From Tubiluchus corallicola (lineage: Eukaryota; Animalia; Priapulida), in contig JAQGDQ010000002.1 of NCBI GenBank assembly GCA_030141605.1, positions 868,001 to 932,000 on the forward strand: DNA of 64,000 bases. The letters are read 5' to 3'. Position numbers and translations under genes: made by a program. This document shows, in pieces, positions 14,237 to 26,200 of the stretch. Numbering within the stretch: position 1 is the first letter of the stretch; the number at the start of each line of letters is the position of its first letter. The notes beneath the pieces are model-generated. The model was given only the letters and a program-made list of their open reading frames with translations. It searched no databases and was not told the origin of the DNA.

Positions 14237-17200
14237 TTAAATTTTCGCTGATTCATGCAAGGTTCTCATATCGCGCATAGCTTTCTCGATACCAGCTCTG
14301 AAACGTGTTGCATCCTGAAAAGATAAAGTAAATAAATGAAAATATAAACAGTAAACATACAGATTACAGAGATTTGAGACTGCCTTGAGTGAGTGTAAGT
14401 TTCTAATTTTTTTTGAAGCCCACATAGTGACAAATGCACCTAATATTAGCAAAACCATAATCAATCATAAATAAATAATAAATTAACTTGAAATTATGAA
14501 CTATACAGCAGGATAATGGACAGGCAAATGAAAGTCCTCTGTAGAGAAACTAGTGTATGCTATAATTGTCTATGTTATCCGAAAAACAGTGATGCATCAA
14601 CATACAGGAAGAGTCGTTGCACAGTAATCAATGATATTTCGGTGAGATTAATGTAGGTACAATTGCTAGTTGCTATGTTTCTGCAGTGCACAGTACAAAT
14701 TATTTTTGGTACAAATTCTTGTACTCGCATTCTGATATGGAAAAATGTTGTTCTGTTAAAGACCATACTCATAAAGCACTGATTACTTACCGTAACAGAA
14801 GATGACTTCTTAGCAGACACATGAAAAAATATTGTTTCTTCACCAGCAATGATGTACGACACACCGTAGCCGTCATCAGCAACAGGGCCAAAACCACCGC
14901 CAGCACAAATGTACTCTGGATGTTTTTTAATATCCCACCGGTTTGTTTGTGAGTGAGGTGTCTATAAATAGTATAAAAAAATATGTGTATCATGATCTTC
15001 AATAAATCAGCAAAATATGAAGGACAACACTTTCTTATTACTTTATAACACTTAAAAAGTGGTATTTACATTTGCACAATCAAGAAATATGTAACAGTAG
15101 TTAAATAATCGTGATTATTAACAATAGATTAATCAAATCAATAACAATTACAAACATGTATAAATCCACATAATCGGCAATTGAACAGTAATTCGATTAA
15201 AAAATCGAGAGCAAAATATACGTGTTACACACTGACTAAAAGGCAGTGTTATAGCACAAATAAATGGAATCTTTGCATTTTTCTTTGTCTTTCTTACGCA
15301 AATTGTGAACCATGGAGTTGCAAACTGGGGGCTTCAAATTCATTGGCACATGAAGTATGTAATGACATAGTCACAGAGTAGTTAAAGAAAAAGCAAGCGT
15401 ATCTGTAAAAACAGTTTGCGAGGATGAAAATGGCAGACAGCAACAAAAGCCATGAAGAAATTTATATGCTTATTCACTGCAATCATTAAAAAATATGGCT
15501 AAAATGCTAAAAAATCGCAGCAAAAGATTAATCGTGATATCGAATTACAAGAACAATATTATAATCCAGTTACAAAATGTCAAAGTCGCCATCACTACCT
15601 ACTTAACAGAAAATTATTACTCTCATTTTAATAAAAATAAGCACCATACATTTTTATTTGAAAACTCTAAAACACTATAATATACATTCTTGAATTTCTT
15701 TTCTGAACAATTTTGATGGTAAAACTGGCATATGGATAACAGGTGTCATGTTTGAGTGGATAGATGCATACGCTTTTTGTGAGTGGCCACCATGAGTTCA
15801 ATACTCACAATGGGCAATATAATATCATCCATAAGCCTTGGCTATTTACCTCATAGAAAGATGATGATCATACACTCGAACCTGACTATAATACATCTAC
15901 TGGTTCTACTTATGTTATGTCCTTTATAATAAGCCAGGCTCCCATCATGCCATAAACAACTAGTTAAGAGGGCCGTGCTTTTGAACGCTGTGTGGCTTGC
16001 GCGTGCCAAAGTGAAAAATATATATATACTGGCTCTAGTCTGTAGTAACTGCCAAAACAAAGCTATATATTCTAAGTAAATGGAGTGTTAGTAATAAAAG
16101 CAGTTTTTAAGAAATTTTGTACATAAGTGAAACGCAAACTTACAAAAAATACCAGTTGTATTAACTGCCCGCAAAAAAATATGTTTCAAAAACATACTGT
16201 ACCTGACTGGTTGACAGTTTCCATGGCTCACTCAACACCTTCTCTAGGAATGGAGAATCTTCCTCCAAATATCGTGATACAACATAAAGGCAGAACAGAT
16301 GTCTATCAACACCTTTGCCTAACATAGCGTCCTTGTACCGATTCACGTGCGAATCACAGGCTATTCTTAGTAATCGAATTCTTTCCTCGTCCTACACATA
16401 AAGAGAAGAAATACTTAACTTATAAAACAAATGAGGTACAATTTCTCAGTTGTGACAAAGTTCAGAACAAAGTGAAAATCAAAATTACTTTTTTTAAAGC
16501 AGTTATATCAAGTTTTAACTATTGCCTTCTTTTGCAACAGCACCTTGCACAAATTCTTGATAACATAGCAGTCTTAAAACCTTTTGTTTTAATTGAAAGC
16601 TGCTTTGAAACAAGGCTAGTGAAAAAATGAACTTATCTGCTTACATTAGAATTTGGGTCTTCCATTGCACGCACAAAGGCACATGATTCAAAGCTTACAG
16701 GTCGTACTGTCTCTGTGCGACCTTCGCGGAACAATCGTGTCATTGAAGCTTCGTACGTCAGATCAAACCGTCCTGCGTCCTGGAAAAATACAGTCAGTAC
16801 TAACAGAACTTCATGGCTGTTTGCCTACAAAGTTCTTCGAAAGGTAATTACTAGATCTACAATTACAGGAATACTAGAAATAAATCAGGGCTCATATCCT
16901 CAAAATTGTTAAAGTCACAATCCTGTGCAAATTGCCTCAGAAAATAGTATCTTCACAAAGGTGCTTTAAAAATTTCGAAACAATAGCTTTCATCTAGGTG
17001 TTTTGAGAAAAGTTAAAGACCTAGAATCTTAATTACATGGAAATTATGTAATAAATAAGTTAAGATCGCAACTTTTTGAGAATAAAGGTGACACCCACAA
17101 TTTTGGTCCAATGTTGACATATCAGCAAAATGGTTAAATGTAGGTCAGTCTCAGTTATAAACAGCAAACAGAAAAGTGTTATGGAAGCAAATGCATAAAC

Positions 17201-20200
17201 ACTAAACATATTGGGAGGTAGATTAATCTTAGTTCCTCTCTAGTATGAGTCAAAATATGACAAGAATTCACACAATTTTTAGGATCTTGAAATAGAGCAA
17301 TCTTTAGTTAAATAATGTTACAAAAACAAGAATAACAAACAGGGGAATAAACAAACACTTAACCAGAAGTTTGTTAAATAACAGAAATAAATGGATTATT
17401 TTTATAATTATAATTCTCGAAATAATTATTAATGATGGAAGAAACCCACAATTATTGAATTTCTCTAAACATAATTACTCAAGAACAGAAAATGTGAAAA
17501 ATTCAGATTGTGTTCCCATTTTCCACATTTCCTGTCTTTTGAGCAAGTTTGATTTCAAAAAATACAACAACTATGGATTTGTTCAGAAATAAATGCACTT
17601 TTAGTTTTAATTTAGTTAGAAAACGGTCAGAGCAGTTTTATCAGATGAAATTATTACCCGATAATAAGCCAGCTGCAGCGACATCTGAAGATAAGCGTCA
17701 GGACTAACTTTGCACGTTTTAATGAAGCCCTTGCCATATTCGCGAAACACAGACAACCGCATGTCTACATCTGCTGCTAAACTCTGTCCAATAGCTAGCT
17801 GCTTGTGAATGACTTTAACGACCTGAAAAAATCGCTCATATAAAAAATGCATCATATAAAAAATGTAGTCAAATAAATCTGTTTATAATTGCAACAAACA
17901 AATTAAATATTAAATTCTGAAGAATCATCATAACCACTAAAGCCTAATGAACAGGTATCCTAGCTGATTCTACTATAAGTAAAATGCACTAAATCATGCA
18001 GTTTGTACAGTGAGTCAGTAACTTGAGTCAACGAAATAATCAAAATTCAATTCTGGCAGACGTTTAACTGTGCAATGATCTCAACCGTGACTTCATAAAA
18101 GTTCCTACACTTCCTACAATCGTTCTACTATAGTGTGCATAGCACAAGACATTTTTAAAAAGAAGCATCACATCTGCCAAAAATTCAATGCAGTATTAGT
18201 ACCTCAAAAGCTACTCTTCTTAAGCCAAAAAAAATCAACTCTTATATAACTATTAAATTGATATTGTTAGTAATATTGTATTTTGCAGGATCTTTTAAAC
18301 TACCTTTTGAGCTGGAATATGAGCCTTATATTAATTACACCAACAAACCAGTGAAAAACTCAAGAGATAAGATGAAACCATTCATTTTTTATAAACAGCT
18401 GTATTTTAACTTAAAAATTAATAGATGAATTGAAGTTCCAAGGTTCATTAATTAAGACTTTAAAGTTAGAATGTCACAAAATCACAATGTGAAAAAAGTA
18501 ACGAATTCGATTCCAGCTACATTTGGAAACCGCGACATCATGCCATAATGCAGAAACATAAAGTGGATTTTGCTTCTAATGAAATTCAAAATTTTAAGAA
18601 GCTTTTTAAAATGAGGTTGTAAACTCCAATTACTAAAATGAGAACAGTAAAAAACTACATACCTCATCATTGAGATCCCATTTGAGTCTCTGAATGGGAG
18701 GAAGGTCGGGGTTTACTTCTCCAAGACAGTGCCCATCTTCTTTATAACTAAAAAAATAAATATTAATCATTAGTATCCTTAGCTTTGATATTAGTATACA
18801 TGCACATATGCAAATAAATGAATTTTAATGTGATACTAAACAGAAATAAGTCACATTTCAGTTCAAAAGTTTCTGAATATTGAAATATCGCAACTTATTT
18901 TCAATATAATCTGTTTTTAATTAAAATAAGAAATCCATTAGAGATTGCAGCCAGAAAAGTAAAGTGTCAGCACTGCGGTAGCCATTGTATTACAGAAATA
19001 CCCATAATACCACTGTGACAATAAATGTGATTAAAAGCAAATTACAAATGAAGTGTTTCCAATTAAATTATGTAAAAATTGAATATTAGTTAACTAAGCT
19101 AACTGTACACATTTTTAGTATCAATGAAGAAACACAATTACACAAACCAGAAGTAGAAAAAAGCATAAAACATAACTTACATGACAAATAATGTGATCAA
19201 CATGCAACTTTTGCGAATATTTGGGAAACAACAGCCCACAACAGGTTAATACTTATAATGTTAGTATAATTACACAGGAAATAAAATAATTCATGCTAAT
19301 TTATGCACATAAAAAGTAACAAAAATGTAATGCTTTAGAACTCTGAGAAAAATCCTAATAATTTCATCAATAAGTCATAAAAAATTATTCATTTTTAAAA
19401 CATGTGCAAAACTAATAAGAAACTGAAACCAGGTAAAAGCTTTGAAATTACTGCTATCAACGTTAGAGATTTTGTTTTGTTCCTTAAAAGTCTAGCTTGC
19501 AAATCTTACAATCCAAAGCCCTTGACCATTTAAATTTTAAATTACCAGAAAGACAATTTTTCACACACAATGTGATGCACATATAGTCACAGAAAAATGG
19601 ATTTCACACTGCAACAGCTAGAGTTTAGGTATTTCAGAGAGTACAATCGTAATGAATGATTTTGGTGTTCCAGAGGTTAAAATAAAATGTAAAAGAAACC
19701 ACTCTGTTTAAAAGACAGAAACCTAGCTCCTAAAAACACAATTTAAAAAGAGAGCTGGAGAATACAGATCATTTCATTTAAACAAATGACAATAACTGTG
19801 ACGAAATTTACATAAATTTTTAATCTTACACACATCAGCATAACAGAATAATGAAAAACTCTTCTTGGCAAAGTAATTATTTGCACATGTGTCGGGCTAA
19901 CAGTAACATTTATCCCAAAGATCAATTTTCTTATTAGTTGTTACACATGTTTCAGAAAAACAAAATTATCTACAATGTGATGAAAGACTCTCCAAAACTG
20001 GAGACATTTAAGGTTTTAACCACAGTTCCTGTTGTGACTGCGAACCTGTATTTATTTGCCATTTCACTGAAATGAAAATGATGCCAAATAATTTTTTTTT
20101 GAATTCTGAGAAATATTCAATTAAACCATCTCCTATGTTAGCTACAAGCATCATCAAGATTAGCCAGACTATTAATCATTTTACGCAATAGAGTTAGTGA

Positions 20201-23200
20201 AATATTGCAGGGATCTTGTTATAGGCACACTGCATACACTTCTAACAGTATTTCTATACATGCATTCCAGCAAAATTTTATTACAAAAAGCTAGTCAATT
20301 TTGTAGCTTGAATCTTAACGTACAGTGCTTTACCGAACATTCAGAATAATAAGATAAGTACTGTTAGTGGCAATTACTGAAAAATGCCCATGACCACTTA
20401 AATTCCTACATGTACATAGTACTCTCAACAGTGCTTAACGACTCGTAACTGGTTAATGGATACAGACTTAACGTATGTTTCATTTACTTCACAACAAGTT
20501 CTTCTCATGCCAGCAACATGGAGCGTTGATTGTAGTGATCTTATTACTTACTCACGGAATGTTTATTGCAAATTTTATGTTGAGCAAATTATGTTGTGAT
20601 ATGCTATGTGTTAAGCAAAATACACAATCCAATGGTTCAAGATTAAAATTCCAATAATGACTTATGAATTGGAAACAAGTTTTCATTATGTTAGAACTAC
20701 ATACCATTGAAATCTCCAGATTGAGAAAGTCAGATTTCCATATAAACAATAAATATGTAAGGCCTTTTTCTTGACTGCAAAACGGATCATGGGTAAAGAA
20801 GATGAATTTGGGATTCTTAACGAGCTAACAAGAATCGTAAGAAAAACACTGCATAATTTCTAACAACTTTTTCACATGACTGCAACTGTTGCGGGAGTGT
20901 CAGTGATGCATGTAATGTTTATCAAAGTAATGAATGTCACTCACTCTTTCGGCATTTTCAACTCACAGTCCAAAAAACTCACAAAAAACTCCTAAAAAAT
21001 TTTTCCATGACAAAAGTTGACACTCTTGCAACTTCTATTAGACAATAAAATTACAGATAAATTTGCTAATGAGTCTGCAGTCTTGCTCATTTAATAAGTG
21101 TTCAACTAAAAGAAATCAGCAGCCTTACTCAACATCTGATACTGTTGTGGCAACAGTCAGATAAATAAGTGAATCTGATACACATTCTTGTAGCAAAGTG
21201 CGAATAGCCAGTAGCAAAACAAAATGCATGTATGTTAGCTTATGCAAGAAACTCACCACCTACCGCAATATATCATGGTCGCAAAACATCATTTCCTCCC
21301 ACAGGTAGCCCATGATTGGCGCGTCTGCCCTACAAGGTGAAAAGAGGCAGGAAAAAGATGGATAGGTTTAGTTGATGGCACACGGAAGTGAGGAAGGAAG
21401 TGAAGGAAACAAAAAGGGGTTGTTTTAGTGCATGCAAAATCAACAAGTGCAAAGGAAAAGGATATAAGTATTAGGTTGATAACCAAAGATTAAAAAGGAA
21501 ACAACGGAAATGTATTAAAGCATTAGCACCAATATCAAAAAGGAAGGACAAACAGTGTTGCAGACAAAAAGCACACAAACAAGAAATAAGACAAATAAAC
21601 AAAACAATCAACAGCAACAGTAGTGCAGCAGCCAAGTCCCAAAAGTTGAAGAGCAGTTTAAGGGTTTTGACATCATGCAGTCAAAAAATAGTGAAAACCA
21701 TTTAAACACAATACAGTACAGTTTTTTTGGTAAATGTGCAGAAAAATAATGAATTTTGTTAGTGTTGTTATTAAAAAACAATATAACCAATGAGCAAGTG
21801 GATAAAATGTGGTTTTAAAGCACAAGTTACATTTGATTGGAGAGGAAAGGAAATGAAAAAAAGAAAAACAAATTAATGAGACACATAAAGTCACATGATC
21901 TTTATGCAGTTAAACATATATGTATGTAAGCACCACACAAAAGTGTGACAAACCGTATCTCGAATCTGTCTGCACCAATAAAGTACTCTTCTGTGAACGC
22001 GATTATTGGCCCGTCACCCCTGCCAATGAACAACATACTGTCATAAAGGCAGTGTTGGCACTTCAGAAAAAAACACCCATGACAAGAATTGGCCAGGTAC
22101 CAAGCATTTTTGTATTTTTTTCTTCGATTCGTAATTCTTAGCATACATCTGTCTACTAAATCCACCAAATTTTTGTCTACTACATGAATATTCGAATTAC
22201 GTTAACTTGCCCAATTAAGATTAAATATTCTAAGAAAAGGGCTAAGGTTTGCATTTTGGAGGATGGCGTTTCTTCAAAGTATCACAACACTTTGAAGATT
22301 AAAAAATACTAAATTATTTTTGAGAGGGGGCTTGATCATGAACAAGGTAAGAAAAAGCCAAAACAGAAATGTTCTTCAACTTATCCAGGGCATGATGCAC
22401 AAATGAACCAATCCAAATAGTTGTGTTTGCAAATGATGAGAAAAATAGCAAACGCTTGGCCGTGGATGTACAAAAATCCCATGTTCATTACAGTAGCTTT
22501 TGGAACGCTAACTTTATTCTTGTAAATGGTGATTCTTTCATTTTGCAAGCTAACTGGGCAGACAGACAAAGCACTTTTAAAAAACTGACCGAACTGGACT
22601 ACCATCATCATGAAGGGTATAATATTCAGCGACCGTATTGAAAGTTGGTGCATCAGCCCTGTCAACAAATCAAACTGCAAAATTGCATGGTGCTGAAATA
22701 AAAATTTATTACCCAGGACACGTTAAAGTTGAGTTCCACACATCGCTACACTGACACAATCATTCCAAGCAAACCAAATACAGTTACACGACACACTACA
22801 AAACATTATACTTGTTAAAACAAATCTTCATTACTTGCAGTCAGAACATCTTTTTAATTTGTGGAGTTATAAAATTTAAGTTTCAACAGTTTGGAAACAA
22901 TGATAAAAATTTTTTCTGCTCGCTGTAATGAAATAAAAAATCCCTTGTTACTTCAAAAACACACACTGCACAAAGCATTAGCTGTTGGTGACCTATCACT
23001 TAAACCTTTTTCTAAAAAAATTTTATGTGTATGTGCGTGTGTTTGTACTAAAAAACAGTGAAAAAGCATACCACAAGGTAAGAAGTAAACAAAACAAGAA
23101 TTAGGGAGATCTGTGATCTCGAAACTGAGAGTCCTATTCAATAATGTGTGCTTTCTTCCCATCTTACTTAGACCATAACAAACTTAGAAAGCAGTTAATT

Positions 23201-26200
23201 TTTAAGAATATAATATAACGAAAAACAACCACATAGGCACACCCAAAATTTCCACACTTTCACTGATGTACACGAGTAAAATTTACTAACACAGAATCTA
23301 TTCAACTACCAGTGGCGGATTACCCACAATGCACACTAGGTGTGTGCGTAGGGGCCACCAAGCCTTGGGGGCCTCAGTTTGTAGGTCAAATAACTCAAAA
23401 ATTAAGTTTGTTAATTAATTGGGAATGAAAAATAATCATGTTGAGTTTTAGAAATGCTTGATTTAAATCATTACCTACAAAGTTTTGCAGTTGCTTTTAC
23501 AGTCCAGAAAATGTTTTATTTGACGCAGACTTCAAAACAAGTGTCTTAGTGAAGCCTGAATTTGCCATAGTAGAAATCACTTGAAGTACTTCACGCAGTT
23601 CTTAAATTTTAATGTGAAAAAGTAACCATGTTGACTAATGACTAAGTAATTATAAAAAATAAGATTTAGAATAGCACAAATTGCTAGACTTGTTTGCTAA
23701 TATAGGCCTCCAAAGACCTCTAAAATGCAGTTTATAGTTTACCTACTAGTATTAAATGACTAAGGCCTAGTGTAATAAAAATCACTGCACTGGTATTTAT
23801 GTCTACATATACTTCTAGGGGCCTCTGAAACAACTTGTAGTCTAATGCATCAAGATACAAGTAAATACTTTTTGTTTTGAAAGAAAAAATTAAAAAACAA
23901 TTACCAATTTTAACCTATTTAAACATCCAGAGTTCATCTGCTTTTATGGATAAAAAAGGCCTCAAAAAGTACTAAAATATAGGAAATGCATTGGTATCCT
24001 AGGACCCCACTGGGGAAGCTTACAAAACTACGAAGACCCCTTAGTGTTTTGCTTAGGGGCCCCTGTATTCGTTAATCCGTCACTGTCAACTACTATCACT
24101 AAACAACAAAATGCAGTCATAATTATCACTGCTCAAACATATTCATATACCACTCTTCATTTGCCTCATAAGCTAACTCCATCATCGAGCTTGGTATCGG
24201 AGCATCTAAACTGAACACAATGTTCAAAATTGCTCACGTTAAACCGAGTACACATGTAAAATGTAATACAATTTACTGGTGCACGAAATAAGAAGAATCA
24301 AGGAAAATGTAGTCTAGATCAAGTTACACTTCACTAAATGCAAAGTGGAAAAGCTTGAAATCGACAATTTTGACTTAACCGAGTAGCAGCATTAATTTTA
24401 AAGCGCTTATAAATAATTTAATCATTAATAGAAATTTGTAGTCTTCCTCGTGAAAATAACCATTAATAATTTGTCAGGAAGCAAGGAACAGTTGATTTCT
24501 TTGCATAAAAGTATTACTCTATTTTCTGAACATGTATTAATTTGACATATACAAAAAAGACTGCTTACCAGGAATGTTCAATATTCAGGCCCAAGTGGCC
24601 ATTCTTTAAAACGATGAAAGTAAAGCTTTTATCGAACCAGCGATTGTAACAATTTCCATGCAACATGGAAGCTGCCCAACCATCCATTTTAGATCTGTCA
24701 TCCTGTAAATAACCGATAAATGATAAGAAAGGTGATAGGTACATAAAAATTCGTCTATTCTTAACTTTCATAATTACCTATAAAGCAGTGATTTCCAGCT
24801 TCATGCCTAAACCATTACCACCAGTTTATCCCATAAATTCTGTTAATTCAGACATACAAGTCTACTGCTATGCTTATTAGCTCAACCCTGAATAGTGTAA
24901 AGCTTTAGCAATACGCATGTTGAAAAAGCATACATACTTCATTCAGTCACATCTTGTAAACTACTTTATTGATAGCCCTCAGTCGCAATGTTTTAAAATT
25001 ACACTAATTTCTAATATGCTATACTATTATGACTTACCGGATCATAGTAAAACTCATCATCATCAAGTGCCATGAAAAAAGCAGCTTTTTCAATCACGTC
25101 TAATGATGTCTTGTTCATGCCTTTGCGGAAATGTGTCATTCTGGCTTGTGCCCAGGTAGCACGTTCACCTGCAGTGAGAGCTGCCAAGTACTTTTCCCCT
25201 GGTGCTGGCTCACTCTCATCTGCTATAATTCTATTTACCAACCTGTTAAGGAGAAAAAATGGCATTAAATAATTATCATCAAAGACCAAGCTTTCTGAAT
25301 TTCCACAAGTTAATATGCCATTCTTATTCAGTGAAAAAGCACAACAGTTCTCCTTTAGTCATTCCATTTACACATGACTTATAACAACTATAATAATAAT
25401 AAAGTATAATGATGCAAATCAGAGTACAAATCAAAAGGCACATTTTCCCGAAGACTCATTCATATTTTCTAAAATTTATATGCACAAAATATTTCACCAT
25501 ATTCACACTAAACGTAGTGCTGCATCCATGTACTCATGCGGGGTTAGAGATATACCTGGATGGTTATAGTATGTGCTTGGCCACAAATATTATGCAGCAG
25601 CCCTGATCCTGGTTAGTAAATGGATGGGTAACACTGGATATTTCCATCATTGAGCGAGAATGTATACGCATCCAAAAGAGGCTTTTTTGATGGTTCAGCG
25701 TCGCATCTTACAGGTTTGTTCTTGATAATGAGTTAAGAACCAGTCTGATACGTTGAAAAGGCTCAGTAATTTTGGAAAAAAAGACTAAATAGTATTTTCA
25801 TTTCTGTAATTTAACCTCATTGGAATTTATAAACATATTGCAGGAAGTAGTGTATCAACAAGGGTATAGATTAAAACAGCCTGAAAATTATACCTGCAAT
25901 TTTATGCAATCTGTTTAGTCACTCCAATTCTATTACACTTACATTATTTCCTGTGAAAAAAATCATTTCCATTTCCCAGGAAAACATGTCATTATTTAAT
26001 GATGATACACTTCCAGCCTTCCATCCTTGATACAATGCAATGATTATTAAGCCAGAACTTATTGTTCATATCATCAAATCGTAAGGCACATATTGTTAAC
26101 ATTTTCAGAAATACCATAGAAGACACAGCACTCACACTTCTAGTTCTGCAGGATTTAGGAGGCGACCTTTCCGGTAACATGGGAGCTTGAAGAAACGACC

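Noticed and set aside
20556-20603. Possible fifth CPT1 cassette, (C)[15 protein letters not shown](P), with AG and a strong GTGAGT donor in phase 2/2
   Set aside because: Only 48 nt, lacks the catalytic-motif Asp and the D-x-P-x6-E pattern; no homology support.
20470-20910. Motif echoes INAP.. (~20530) and TDTP.. (~20900) on the minus strand as decayed extra cassettes
   Set aside because: No AG acceptor at the right position and in-frame stops follow; indistinguishable from chance.
21251-21256. Stronger-looking GTGAGT donor 7 nt downstream of the exon 11D donor
   Set aside because: Using it includes an in-frame TAG and breaks phase. It could only give an unproductive transcript, and there is no evidence of use.
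20897-22757. Complementary 9-mers GTGTCAGTG (20897) and CACTGACAC (22749) as a Dscam-type docking/selector pair for exon 11A
   Set aside because: Matches of 8-9 nt are expected by chance across several kb; needs covariation across species before it can be claimed.
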